Assembly (NCBI GenBank): GCA_937922235.1
Contig: CAKZVC010000009.1
Location: forward strand, 35,096-99,095
Reading direction: 5' to 3'
DNA: 64,000 bases
From: an uncultured Acidimicrobiales bacterium
GTDB taxonomy: Bacteria > Actinomycetota > Acidimicrobiia > Acidimicrobiales > SHLQ01
Part shown: in pieces, positions 33,886 through 43,065 of the stretch
Layout: each line of letters begins with the position of its first letter
Numbering within the stretch: position 1 is the first letter of the stretch
Program-made: the position numbers and the translations under genes
Notes under the pieces: generated by a model
What the model saw: the letters and a program-made list of their open reading frames with translations, nothing else
Database searches by the model: none
Told to the model about the DNA's origin: nothing

Positions 33886-33960
33886 ATGTTACGAAAGTTA
33901 CGAACAGAAGTCAAGTACATCTTTTAGAAATCCTCGAAATCGGCGAAATCGTTGATTTCT
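33886..33960. repeat. 9-bp-periodic short repeats in an AT-rich spacer
   Basis: GTTACGAA x2 at 33888 and 33897. GAAATC x3 at 33927, 33936 and 33945, followed by the inverted GATTTC at 33954. All on a 9-bp register. Confidence 0.5.
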
Positions 33961-34119
33961 GACGGTCTTTATGGGGACAGGCCCCATGACGAACATGTCA
34001 CAACTGGTAGATCACGGTGTGTGCGACTAGTGAGCATTTGGCGTCACAGGGTGGTTCCCACGGAACTTTGGGGGGAAACCACCAAGCCGTAGGGGCTCGG
34101 TGTTCTTCAGGGTTGAGGT

Positions 34120-35952
34120 ATGCACAACAGCCGTGAAACCCGGATTGCCGAGTTGGAAGAACTTCTCGTCGAGACCGAACGTCAACTCATCTCCCTGCAC
34201 CGGGACGAACTGGATGCGGAGATGCCCCCACCTCCTCCTCCACCTCCGCCGCCTCCCTCTCAAGCACCGCCGCCCCCGCCCCCTCCGACATCACCGCCGC
34301 CACCCGCCGGATCATCGGCTGGGCCGAACTCGTCTGGCATCAACTTGCCGGGCGCCGAGTTCCTTCTCCGCTACGGCGGCATCAGCCTCGTGGTTGCCTC
34401 GGCGGTCTTCTTTGTTTCGACCGCCATCAGCCGTGGCTGGGTTGGCCCACTTGCTCAGCTCGTGCTCGCCACGCTGGCATCGTTCGCCCTCATTGGTCAG
34501 TCGTTCCGATTCGATGACGACCAGCGGCGTTGGACGATCACCTTGGCCATCGGCGGAACCGCCGCACTCTTCGCCAGCGGCGTTGTTGGCTTCGTCGGTC
34601 TGGAGATCTTGACCTTCGCCACCGCCATCAGCTGGCTCCTCGCATCGGTCGGGTTGTTCCTGGCGCTCTCGCGAATCCACGACGCACAGTCGATAGCGAT
34701 CGCTAGCGTCCCGGCGGCACTCATCGGTGCCTACCTACTGTTCGAAGGCGAATGGTATGAGCCGACACTGCTCGGCATCGTCGGGCTTGTGTACACGCTT
34801 GCCGTGGTCGCTACGACGCACGGTCGTTCGTGGTTCATCGCTCGAGCACTCGGAGCATCGGCCGGGTGTTTCCTCGCCGGTAGCGCCGTGCTCGACACAA
34901 TCGATAACACTGCCGTGGCCGCTAGCGTCGAAGCGCTGCTGCTCGGAGCGATGGCAATCGTCGCCGCACTCGTGGCGGCAGCCTCACAGGTCATCGAGTT
35001 CAAGGGCCAAGAAGCGCTCGACACGCCACGCTTCAGTGCACTTGTCGAAGCTCGCCTTGCCGCACTTACGATCCCGTTCATGACGGTGATCATCGCTGGC
35101 ATCTCGAACGAGCTCAGTCTCGTCCCCATGAACGGGTTCTGGGTCGCAACCATCGTCGCAACGGCCCTTGGTCTTGCGGTTGGCTCGATGACCAAACTTC
35201 CCGAGACGATGCGCTTACTTCACTTTGCCGCCGCGTTGTCGACCGTCGCCGTTTCCCTCATCGGTATTGCTGAGGGCCCCGTGCTCCTGGTCGCACTGCT
35301 CGGTCAAGCGGTCGTCGCTGGTTGGTTGGCGCATCGCTTCGACTCGCCTGACCTCACCCTGCTCGCTGCAACGCTTGCCGCTGGCGTCATCTTGTTGACC
35401 GGCACCTACTTGGTCCTGGGTGTCTTCGTCGAAGGCCTGACGATCGGCGAGTCCATTGCGGTGTTGCTCGTGGTCATCGCCAGTGGCGTCGGCGTGAAGG
35501 TCCTCCGAGACCGGAACCTCATCGACGAGGCGTGGTATGTCACGTGGGCATTGACGCTGGCGTGGAGCACGGCAACGTTCCGAGACCTGCCCCAGGGCCA
35601 GATGTTCATCACCCTGATCTGGGCGATGGTTGGTGCGGCCATGATCGTGCTCGCAAGCCGGATCATCGACCGTCAGATTCTGACCGTCGGACTGTTCACG
35701 CTCACGCTGACGGCAGGCAAGCTCATCTTCGTCGACCTGGTCGCCGTCGACGTGCTGTGGCGAGCAGCGCTCTTCTTCATCGTCGGCATGTTGTTCATGC
35801 GCCTGGCATTCGTGTTGCCGAAGATGATGGACACCGGCGACGACACGCAAGACGCGCCGCCACCTGCTCCTCCAACTCCACCCGCCCCACCAACGCCTTC
35901 TCCGAAGGGCCCGGGCCGCGTGCGGGTTGACTCAGGTGCTGGGGTCGGCTGA
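34120..35952 (+). CDS. DUF2339 family polytopic membrane protein
   Basis: 610 aa. N-terminal coiled coil ([16 protein letters not shown]), a poly-Pro tract, more than 15 TM helices and a Pro-rich C-terminus. GAGG SD before the ATG. Confidence 0.7.
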   Translation: MHNSRETRIAELEELLVETERQLISLHRDELDAEMPPPPPPPPPPPSQAPPPPPPPTSPPPPAGSSAGPNSSGINLPGAEFLLRYGGISLVVASAVFFVSTAISRGWVGPLAQLVLATLASFALIGQSFRFDDDQRRWTITLAIGGTAALFASGVVGFVGLEILTFATAISWLLASVGLFLALSRIHDAQSIAIASVPAALIGAYLLFEGEWYEPTLLGIVGLVYTLAVVATTHGRSWFIARALGASAGCFLAGSAVLDTIDNTAVAASVEALLLGAMAIVAALVAAASQVIEFKGQEALDTPRFSALVEARLAALTIPFMTVIIAGISNELSLVPMNGFWVATIVATALGLAVGSMTKLPETMRLLHFAAALSTVAVSLIGIAEGPVLLVALLGQAVVAGWLAHRFDSPDLTLLAATLAAGVILLTGTYLVLGVFVEGLTIGESIAVLLVVIASGVGVKVLRDRNLIDEAWYVTWALTLAWSTATFRDLPQGQMFITLIWAMVGAAMIVLASRIIDRQILTVGLFTLTLTAGKLIFVDLVAVDVLWRAALFFIVGMLFMRLAFVLPKMMDTGDDTQDAPPPAPPTPPAPPTPSPKGPGRVRVDSGAGVG

Positions 35953-36552
35953 TCCCATTCGTTGACGGCCCTCGAGTGCCCGACCGAGCGTGAGCTCATC
36001 GGCGTACTCGAGGTCGCCGCCGACGGGAAGTCCCGAAGCGATTTTGCTGACCGTGATTCCGAGCGGCTCGAGCAACCGTGCGAGATACATCGCCGTCGCT
36101 TCGCCCTCGATGTTTGGGTTTGTGGCGAGGATGATCTCGTCGATGCCCTCGGCCGTGATGCGCTGAAGAAGCTCGGTGATGCGGAGCTGCTCGGGGCCGA
36201 TGCCCTCGATCGGGCTGATCGCTCCCTGAAGGACGTGGTAGCGGCCCTTGAATTCACGAGTTCGCTCGACCGCCACGATGTCACGAGACTCCTCGACCAC
36301 GCAGACCATGGCGCCGTTGCGGCTGGGGTCGCGGCAGATTTGGCACTCCTGGCCTTCGGCGATGTTGAAGCACCGGTCGCAGAATGAGATGCGCTCTTTG
36401 ACCTCGGTGATCGCCGTCGACAGGCGAGTTGCGTCGACCGTCGAGATTTTGAGGATGTGGTAGGCGATGCGCTGAGCAGACTTTGGACCTACGCCCGGAA
36501 GCCGACCAAGCTCATCGATGAGGTCCTGAACCGGACCAGCAAAGACGGCCAA
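35932..36552 (-). CDS. recR: Recombination protein RecR
   Basis: 206 aa. HhH ([15 protein letters not shown]), C4 zinc finger ([16 protein letters not shown]) and a Toprim domain. recR-ybaB-dnaX synteny. Confidence 0.95.
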   Translation of the reverse strand: MAVFAGPVQDLIDELGRLPGVGPKSAQRIAYHILKISTVDATRLSTAITEVKERISFCDRCFNIAEGQECQICRDPSRNGAMVCVVEESRDIVAVERTREFKGRYHVLQGAISPIEGIGPEQLRITELLQRITAEGIDEIILATNPNIEGEATAMYLARLLEPLGITVSKIASGLPVGGDLEYADELTLGRALEGRQRMGSADPST

Positions 36553-36555
36553 GGG

Positions 36556-36933
36556 TTATCCGCCGAGCATTCCGCCGAGGCCATCGAGATCCATGCCGCC
36601 CATAGCGTCGGTCTGCGATTCCTGGATCTGGGTTGCGGCGTCACGAAGTGCGGCGAGCACGAGGTCGTTGAGCATCTCGACGTCATCGGCGTTCACTACG
36701 GACGGGTCGATCTTCACCGAGTGGAAGTTGAAGCCTCCGTCGACCTCGATCTTGACCATGCCGCCACCGCTGCTGCCCTCGACGATTTCGGCGGCTGCCT
36801 CCTGCGCTCCCGCGAGCATTGCTTGAGCCTGCTCCATCAGACCGCCGAGGTCGAGACCACCGGCGCCTCCACCGAGGAGAGCTCCGAGGTCGGGCATGGC
36901 GGCGGCTTCGTTTGGATCGTTCTGTTCAGACAT
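36556..36933 (-). CDS. ybaB: YbaB/EbfC nucleoid-associated protein
   Basis: 125 aa. GGGMVKIEVDGGFNFHSVKIDPSVV. Located between dnaX and recR. Confidence 0.9.
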   Translation of the reverse strand: MSEQNDPNEAAAMPDLGALLGGGAGGLDLGGLMEQAQAMLAGAQEAAAEIVEGSSGGGMVKIEVDGGFNFHSVKIDPSVVNADDVEMLNDLVLAALRDAATQIQESQTDAMGGMDLDGLGGMLGG

Positions 36934-36938
36934 GTGGT

Positions 36939-38921
36939 TCAGCTTTCTTGGTCGAGCACTTCAGCGCCAGGGAATACGTCGGTAATTCTGTCGACGACCG
37001 AGGCGTTGCCAACGTCGGCGTCGGTGAGATCGTGGATGTCGATGTCGGCTTCTTCTTGCACAGGTTCGGCAGGTGCAGCCTTGGCCGGGCCAGCGAAGTT
37101 CGACGGTGTTGGTGCGTCGCTGGCTCGCATGACGAGCGTGAGCGGCGTGCCGAACGAGTTCGACAGCGCAGACTCGACCTCGCGGCGGAACTTCTCGCAT
37201 CGCTGGACTTGAGTGTCGGTTGGGAGCACGAAGTGGATCTTGTCGCCATCGACGGCGTCGACCTGGCCAGCGAGAAAGCGAGCTCGAGCTGGTGTCGACT
37301 GCGTGTCGAGCATGGGGCCCCATGCTGCAGTGACCGAGTCGAGGGTGATGGCGCCGCCGCCCGACGGTGCGGGAGCTGGGGCCGGTGCCTGTTCGGTTGG
37401 TGGTGCTTCAGCTGGCGGTGCCTCAGTCGGAGGTGCTGCTGGAGCTTCCGCGGCGGGCGCTGCTGGTTCGGGCTGAGGCTCGGGTGCTGGAGTTGGTGCT
37501 GGTTCGGGCGCGGCGGCTCGCATCGACGGGGGAGGGGGAGCTCCACCCGGTCGGCTCGGCGGGGCCGCAGGCGCGGCAGCTGCCGGGGGCGGAGTGGGGG
37601 TGCTTTTCTTGCCGTCGCGTGGCTTCAACGCGGCGCGGGCGGCGTCGGCTGGGCGGCCACCTGGCTTGGGTGCTGCCGGAGCGGGTGCAGGTGCGGGCGC
37701 CGGGGCTTCTGTTGCGACAGGTGCGGGCGCTGCTTCAGTGGGTGCCTCGGCAGGTGCTGGAGCTGCGGCTGGCCCGGGAGCAGGGGCAGCCGCGACAGCA
37801 GGTGCTGTGGGCATTGCCCCGCCGGCGAGTGCAGCTTCGAGCTGTTCGACGCGGGCGGCGAGCGCGGCAGCGCTGGCATCGGCAGTGACCGAGCAGATGC
37901 GAACGAACGCAACCTCAAGGTCGATGCGAGGATCGGGAGCTTGACGCATCTCGACGAGCGCCTTGCCGACCGTTTCGAGGCTGCGGGTGATCGTGCCAGG
38001 GTTCAGGCGTTCGGCGTAGGTGCTCGAAAGCAGCTGCTCGGGTTCGGACAAGCGAGCCGGCGCTGCGTTCATCTTGACGAGGAAAACCGAACGGAGCGCA
38101 TCGATGAAGCTCTCGCCGATTCGGCGGGGGTCGGCGCCGCGACTGGTGGCGGCCTCGATCGCTTGGAGTGCAACGCCAGGGTCTTGCGCAGCGAGCGCTT
38201 CGAGCAGATCGGCGGTTGACGTGTCGACGTCGGCAACACCACCGGCGGCAACGACCTGGTCGAGCGCAGACAGCGTGTCACGAGCTGAACCGCCGCCAAC
38301 TTTGACGACGTGGCCAACAGCTTCTTCGCTGACCTCGAGGCCTGCATCTGCTGCGATCTCGTGAACGAGAGCGGTCATCTGGTCGGCAGGAATGAGCGTG
38401 AGGGTCAGGTGCTGGGTGCGGCTCCGGATCGTGGGAACAACCTTGTGAGGTTCGGTCGTGGCCAGCACAAACACCACATGGTCTGGTGGCTCTTCGAGCG
38501 TCTTGAGCAGCGCGTTCTCCGCGCCAGACGTGAGCATGTGAACCTCATCGAGGAGGTACACCTTCGTGCGGCCGGGAGTTCCGAGTGCCACCTTCGACAG
38601 GAGGTCACGAATGTCGTCGACCTTATTGTTCGACGCAGCATCGAGCTCGTGAAGATCGAAGCTGGTGCCCGCTTCGATCGACAGGCACGAGTCGCAGGTT
38701 CCGTCGGGTTCGCCATCGACAGGGTTCGCGCAGTTGAGCACCTTGGCAAGAACGCGAGCTGCAGTGGTTTTGCCGGTTCCGCGAGGCCCACTCAGCAAGT
38801 AGGCGTGCCCGACACGATCGTCGCGCACCGCATTACGAAGTGCTTTGACGACGTGTTCTTGGCCACGCATGTCGCTGAAGGTCTGCGGCCGGTACCGACG
38901 ATAGAGAGACTGATAGGCCAC
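36939..38921 (-). CDS. dnaX: DNA polymerase III subunit gamma/tau
   Basis: 660 aa with a GTG start. RPQTFSDMRGQEHV, Walker A GPRGTGKTT, a Zn module (CDSC) and a long Ala/Pro-rich linker. Confidence 0.95.
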   Translation of the reverse strand: MAYQSLYRRYRPQTFSDMRGQEHVVKALRNAVRDDRVGHAYLLSGPRGTGKTTAARVLAKVLNCANPVDGEPDGTCDSCLSIEAGTSFDLHELDAASNNKVDDIRDLLSKVALGTPGRTKVYLLDEVHMLTSGAENALLKTLEEPPDHVVFVLATTEPHKVVPTIRSRTQHLTLTLIPADQMTALVHEIAADAGLEVSEEAVGHVVKVGGGSARDTLSALDQVVAAGGVADVDTSTADLLEALAAQDPGVALQAIEAATSRGADPRRIGESFIDALRSVFLVKMNAAPARLSEPEQLLSSTYAERLNPGTITRSLETVGKALVEMRQAPDPRIDLEVAFVRICSVTADASAAALAARVEQLEAALAGGAMPTAPAVAAAPAPGPAAAPAPAEAPTEAAPAPVATEAPAPAPAPAPAAPKPGGRPADAARAALKPRDGKKSTPTPPPAAAAPAAPPSRPGGAPPPPSMRAAAPEPAPTPAPEPQPEPAAPAAEAPAAPPTEAPPAEAPPTEQAPAPAPAPSGGGAITLDSVTAAWGPMLDTQSTPARARFLAGQVDAVDGDKIHFVLPTDTQVQRCEKFRREVESALSNSFGTPLTLVMRASDAPTPSNFAGPAKAAPAEPVQEEADIDIHDLTDADVGNASVVDRITDVFPGAEVLDQES

Positions 38922-39026
38922 GAGCCGACTCTATCTTGTTCTGCTGTCGCAATCCCTCGGCTAGCGCCTCGTCGATGCTCGGCGTTACCGCTCGATTTTT
39001 GGGCGTGGTTTGCCGATAGGCACAGT

Positions 39027-40313
39027 GTGTACACCGGACTGGGCGCGCGCCCAAAGGAAGCAGCTGGCAAGAAGTCCCGCAAAGGGGCCTTGAACGGCAC
39101 CGTCATTGCCCTTGGCATGACCAGCTTCTTCAGCGACATCAGTTCCGAGATGGTCGCTGCCGTGATTCCACTCTTCCTGACGGTGCAGCTGGGCTTCTCG
39201 CCCGCCGCGTTCGGTCTATTCCAGGGCGCCTACGAGCTCGCGAACTCACTGCTTCGGCTGGTTGGCGGAACCATTGCTGATCGAACCCGCCGTCCAAAGG
39301 AAACCGCAGCTGCTGGCTATGGACTGTCGACGCTGACCCGAGTGGGCTTGCTCTGCTCGGCCATCGTCAGCAGTGTGCCCGCCGTGCCATTCCTTCTTGC
39401 CGACCGGCTGGGCAAGGGTCTGCGAACTGGCCCGCGCGACGCCATGATCTCGTTGGCCACGCCCGAGCAGTCGTGGGGCACTGCGTTTGGCTTTCATCGA
39501 ACGCTCGACGCAACCGGTGCGCTGCTCGGTCCGCTCATCGCGTTCGGCCTGTTGTGGGCGCTCCCCGGATCGTATGACTCGGTGTTCATGTTCAGCGTTG
39601 GATTCGGGCTGCTCGGCTTCGCCGTCATCATGACTTGGGTCCGCAATCCAAAGGTCGTCGAGGTTGACCCCGCCAAATCCGAGAAGGTCACCGGAGCAAT
39701 GGCCGCCCATTGGCAGAACTCCGCCTTCCGTCGCGTGCTGTTCGTGGGCACCGCATTCGGTTTGTTCTCGATCGGAGACTCGTTCGCCTATCTGGTGATC
39801 TTCGAGGCAGCGAAGTCGTCCGATGGTCTGGGCATCAGCGGGTTTGGAGCTCAATACTTCCCGCTGCTCTTTGCAGGCACGGCTGTCGTCTTCTTGCTTT
39901 CGGCAACCCCACTTGGCCGCCTGGCCGATCGGGTTGGGCGAGCCCGCGTGTGGGTCGTTGGCCAAGTCCTCCTCGCTGGCACATACGCGGCGCTGCTGTT
40001 CCAGCCGACATCGGTCCTCGCGATCGTGGGTGTGCTGACGCTCCTGGGCCTCTACTACGGAGCGACCGACGGCGTGCTTCCTGCACTTGCCGCTGGCGTT
40101 GTGCCCGAATCACTTCGAAGCAGCGGCCTTGCACTTCTCGCAACCTGTGTCGCCGTCGCTCGAATGGTCTCGGCCCTGTCCTTTGGCCTCATCTGGCAGT
40201 GGGTTGGTGTCGATAGGGCACTAGCGCTCGCGTGCGTTGGATTGGTGCTGACAATCGGTGCCGTTTCGTTCACCGCGATCGTTCGAGAACGACCGACCGA
40301 AGCGAACCTATGA
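39027..40313 (+). CDS. MFS transporter
   Basis: The TM-rich region begins ALNGTVIALGMTSFFSDISSEMV. The start is uncertain (GTG 39027 or TTG 39090). The 667-aa ORF in the track is over-extended upstream across the dnaX antisense. Confidence 0.75.
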   Translation: MYTGLGARPKEAAGKKSRKGALNGTVIALGMTSFFSDISSEMVAAVIPLFLTVQLGFSPAAFGLFQGAYELANSLLRLVGGTIADRTRRPKETAAAGYGLSTLTRVGLLCSAIVSSVPAVPFLLADRLGKGLRTGPRDAMISLATPEQSWGTAFGFHRTLDATGALLGPLIAFGLLWALPGSYDSVFMFSVGFGLLGFAVIMTWVRNPKVVEVDPAKSEKVTGAMAAHWQNSAFRRVLFVGTAFGLFSIGDSFAYLVIFEAAKSSDGLGISGFGAQYFPLLFAGTAVVFLLSATPLGRLADRVGRARVWVVGQVLLAGTYAALLFQPTSVLAIVGVLTLLGLYYGATDGVLPALAAGVVPESLRSSGLALLATCVAVARMVSALSFGLIWQWVGVDRALALACVGLVLTIGAVSFTAIVRERPTEANL

Positions 40314-41599
40314 GCAACGAGCACGACGACGAAACAACCCCAGACGAAGACGGCATGACCGCCGACGAACGCTTGGCGTCCGAACGCGAAGAGCTCGAAG
40401 CTCTCGGCGGATCCGTCGACGGCGACGGCGGCGCTCCCGCGGCCAGTGAGGACGACCTCGACAACACGTCGTTTGCGTTGCTTGCCGTTGCACTCTTGGT
40501 GCTCGTAGGCGGATCGGTGTTCTTCGTTGGGAAGCTTCTCAACTCGCAGAACGAAACCGCTCAGGCGCAGTCTCAGGCCGAAGGCATCATTGCCGGATTC
40601 GAGTCGGACCTTCCAACGACGGTTCCGATCTTGCCGTTCGACGATGATGCGTCGTTCGAAACGTTCCCCGACCCATCAACGTCGAGCACAACAACAACCA
40701 CTCGAGCTCCGCGCACGACGACAACGGTGGTGCAACCAACCGTCGACCCATCCCAGATCGCTCTGGCGTTCGTGAACCGAGTGCCCGGCGATGACTACGC
40801 CAAGGTCGGATACATCGACCCCGAAGGCGAGCGTCATATCACCGAGCTCGAATGCGACCGACTCGATCTGAACGAGAACCGTGGCATCTGCCTTTCTGCG
40901 ACTGCTGGCCTTGCTGGCACTGGTCGTGGCTTCATCCTCGACGCGAATCTCAACCCGACGACCCGGTTCGGTGTGAACAAGCCAAGCCGCGCCGCCGCAT
41001 CTCCCGATGGCACCGTCGTTGCGTGGACCGGGTTCTCGCTCGGCCACTCGTACCTCGTCCAAGGCGAGTTCGCGACGACGACACAGCTCATCTCAGTCGA
41101 CCGTTCGATCGCTGCCAATGTCGAGACGATCTTCGACACCTTCCGCGGTGACGAGCGAGTGCTCGATATCGACCGGAACTACTGGGGAGTGTCGTTTTTC
41201 GACAGCGACCTGTTCTACGCAACCCTTGGTACGGCGAACTCCGGTACCGAAATCGTTGCTGGCCGCGTGTCGACAACGCGCATCGACGTGGTCGCCTCGA
41301 ATGCGTCGTGCCCTGAGGTATCACCTGACGGCAAGACGATCGTGGCCAAGGAGCAACGGGGCGACAAGTTCCAGCTGATCGCTATCGATTTGGAGTCGGG
41401 AGCTCGTCGCGACCTGGGCGAGACTCGCTCGGTCGACGACCAGGTTGAGTGGATCGACAACCAGACGATTCTGTACGGCATGCCGAACCCCGACGAGGGC
41501 ACCGAAGCCCAGCCAGTTTTCGACATCTACGCGCTGAATACTGCACCTGGTTCGGCACCGCGGCTTATCGTGCCGTTCGCTGACTCACCTGCTGCATAG
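40310..41599 (+). CDS. Membrane-anchored TolB-like beta-propeller protein
   Basis: The ATG overlaps the MFS stop (ATGA). Acidic N-terminus, one TM helix, a Thr/Ser linker, then SPDGTVVAWTG and SPDGKTIVAKE-type WD40-like repeats. Confidence 0.6.
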   Translation: MSNEHDDETTPDEDGMTADERLASEREELEALGGSVDGDGGAPAASEDDLDNTSFALLAVALLVLVGGSVFFVGKLLNSQNETAQAQSQAEGIIAGFESDLPTTVPILPFDDDASFETFPDPSTSSTTTTTRAPRTTTTVVQPTVDPSQIALAFVNRVPGDDYAKVGYIDPEGERHITELECDRLDLNENRGICLSATAGLAGTGRGFILDANLNPTTRFGVNKPSRAAASPDGTVVAWTGFSLGHSYLVQGEFATTTQLISVDRSIAANVETIFDTFRGDERVLDIDRNYWGVSFFDSDLFYATLGTANSGTEIVAGRVSTTRIDVVASNASCPEVSPDGKTIVAKEQRGDKFQLIAIDLESGARRDLGETRSVDDQVEWIDNQTILYGMPNPDEGTEAQPVFDIYALNTAPGSAPRLIVPFADSPAA

Positions 41600-41640
41600 A
41601 GCGCCCAAGCCCTTTGGGGCCCAGCCACTAGCCTTCCCGT

Positions 41641-43065
41641 GTGGTCTTCTCCTCGCCGATCTTCCTGACGGTCTTTTTGCCCGTTGTGGTCGTCGCGATG
41701 GTGCTGTCACCGAAGACGTTCCGCAATACCCTTCTTCTCCTCGCAAGCGTCGTCTTCTACTACTGGGGTGCGGCGCTCGACACGTGGGTGCTTCTGTGGG
41801 TTGTCGGGGCGTCGTTCCTCGGTGCCCGCCTGCTTGCCAAAGACGACAGCTCGACGGGCGCATTCGTCGTCACGATGGCGGCGATCCTGGCGCCGCTTCT
41901 GTGGTTCAAGTACGCAGCGTTCTTCTCTGATGTTGGGCTCGACGCGCTGTCGGTGTTTGGCGTCGAGGGCACGCCGCTGGCTGGGCGGGTATTGCCAGTC
42001 GGTATCTCGTTCTTCACGTTCCAGGCGCTGTCGTATGTGCTCGACGTGCGCCGGGGCGTGGCCGAACCGCTCGATCGCCCCGACCGTCACCTGCTGTACA
42101 TTGCGCTCTTCCCGCAGCTCATCGCCGGCCCGATCGTTCGCTACGCCGAGATCCGAGAGCAGTTGTACGAGCGGGTAATCACCGCCGATCGGCTCGCCGT
42201 CGGCGCGACCCGTTTCGCCCACGGGCTCGCCAAGAAGGTCATCGTTGCCGACTCGGTCGCTCCAATTGCCGATGCCGCGTTCGCCACCGGTGACGGTCGG
42301 ACGATGTTCGCTGCATGGATCGGGCTCTTGGCGTACACCGTGCAGATCTACTTCGACTTCTCGGGCTACTCCGACATGGCCATCGGCCTCGGCACGATGT
42401 TCGGGTTCACGTTCCCCGAGAACTTCGCCCGGCCCTACTCGTCGACCTCGATCACCGAGTTCTGGCGGCGGTGGCACATCACCTTGTCGTCGTGGTTCCG
42501 CGACTACGTCTACATCCCACTCGGTGGGTCGCGTGGGGGAGCGGGGGCGACGTACCGCAACCTTGCCATCGTCTTCTTCCTGACCGCGCTATGGCACGGC
42601 GCGGCGTGGACGTTCTTGGTGTGGGGCGGCATCCATGGGGTGTGGCTGATCGTCGAGCGAGTCACCGGACTGGGCTCCGCCGAGCGAGCTCCGGTCGCCC
42701 GTCGAGCGCTCACGCTGTTCATCGTCATGGTGGCGTGGGTGTTCTTCCGGGCGCTGACCCTTAGCGACGCAGTCAGCTATGTCGGCGACCTGTTCTCGTT
42801 CTCAGGCGGGGCGATCAACCCGCAGATCATCACCGCAATGACCGCACCAAACACGCTCATGTTGTTGGTCGGTGTGCTGTCGTTCGCGCTGCCGAAGACG
42901 TGGGTGGCTGGCCCGAAGCTGAACCAGCTCGACGTCGACGGGCTCGCGTCGACTGCTGCCAAGCCACAGGTACTTCGATTCGCCTACGTACTCATCGCCG
43001 TGCCACTAAGCATGGCCCTGATCTTTGCGAACGGGTTTAGCCCGTTCCTGTACTTCCAGTTCTGA
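41641..43065 (+). CDS. MBOAT-family O-acyltransferase (AlgI/DltB/PatA-like)
   Basis: 474 aa. VVFSSPIFL N-terminus, FFTFQALSYVLDVRRG, and RRWHITLSSWFRDYVYIPLGGSR (the conserved His). Confidence 0.9.
   Translation: MVFSSPIFLTVFLPVVVVAMVLSPKTFRNTLLLLASVVFYYWGAALDTWVLLWVVGASFLGARLLAKDDSSTGAFVVTMAAILAPLLWFKYAAFFSDVGLDALSVFGVEGTPLAGRVLPVGISFFTFQALSYVLDVRRGVAEPLDRPDRHLLYIALFPQLIAGPIVRYAEIREQLYERVITADRLAVGATRFAHGLAKKVIVADSVAPIADAAFATGDGRTMFAAWIGLLAYTVQIYFDFSGYSDMAIGLGTMFGFTFPENFARPYSSTSITEFWRRWHITLSSWFRDYVYIPLGGSRGGAGATYRNLAIVFFLTALWHGAAWTFLVWGGIHGVWLIVERVTGLGSAERAPVARRALTLFIVMVAWVFFRALTLSDAVSYVGDLFSFSGGAINPQIITAMTAPNTLMLLVGVLSFALPKTWVAGPKLNQLDVDGLASTAAKPQVLRFAYVLIAVPLSMALIFANGFSPFLYFQF

Noticed and set aside
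33641-33927. Small ORFs in the long intergenic region (72 aa at 33641-33859 and 60 aa at 33745-33927).
   Set aside because: They have no SD, atypical composition, they overlap the repeat element and the hairpin, and they have no recognisable motif. The region is more likely non-coding or regulatory.
36819-38219. Long antisense or shadow ORFs opposite real genes. Examples: 36819-38219 vs dnaX, 46035-47396 vs the HNH gene, 55145-56389 vs the ACAD gene, 6087-7304 vs the GGDEF-EAL gene, 14574-15641 vs hyuA, and 29022-29906 vs the aminotransferase gene.
   Set aside because: These are typical high-GC artefacts. Their translations are Arg/Gly/Cys/Ser-rich low-complexity sequence without motifs, while the opposite strand carries unambiguous family signatures.
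36939-38921. A dnaX programmed frameshift site (A AAA AAG type) that would produce the gamma subunit.
   Set aside because: I found no A-rich slippery heptamer on the coding strand. The only AAGAAAAGC stretch (around 37601-37610) is not a slippery site.
38922-39100. Searched for the SRP (4.5S/ffs) RNA that often precedes dnaX, and noticed GGAAGCAGC (39056-39064, plus strand), which resembles the conserved SRP helix-8 motif.
   Set aside because: The motif is on the strand opposite to dnaX and inside the probable N-terminal coding region of the MFS gene. The flanks do not form the required GNRA-capped helix: GGGCGCGCGCCC is a self-palindrome with no matching 5' CAGG..CC arm. The minus strand of 38922-39026 shows no CCGGAAGG.AGCA motif. 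A cmscan would be needed to be sure.
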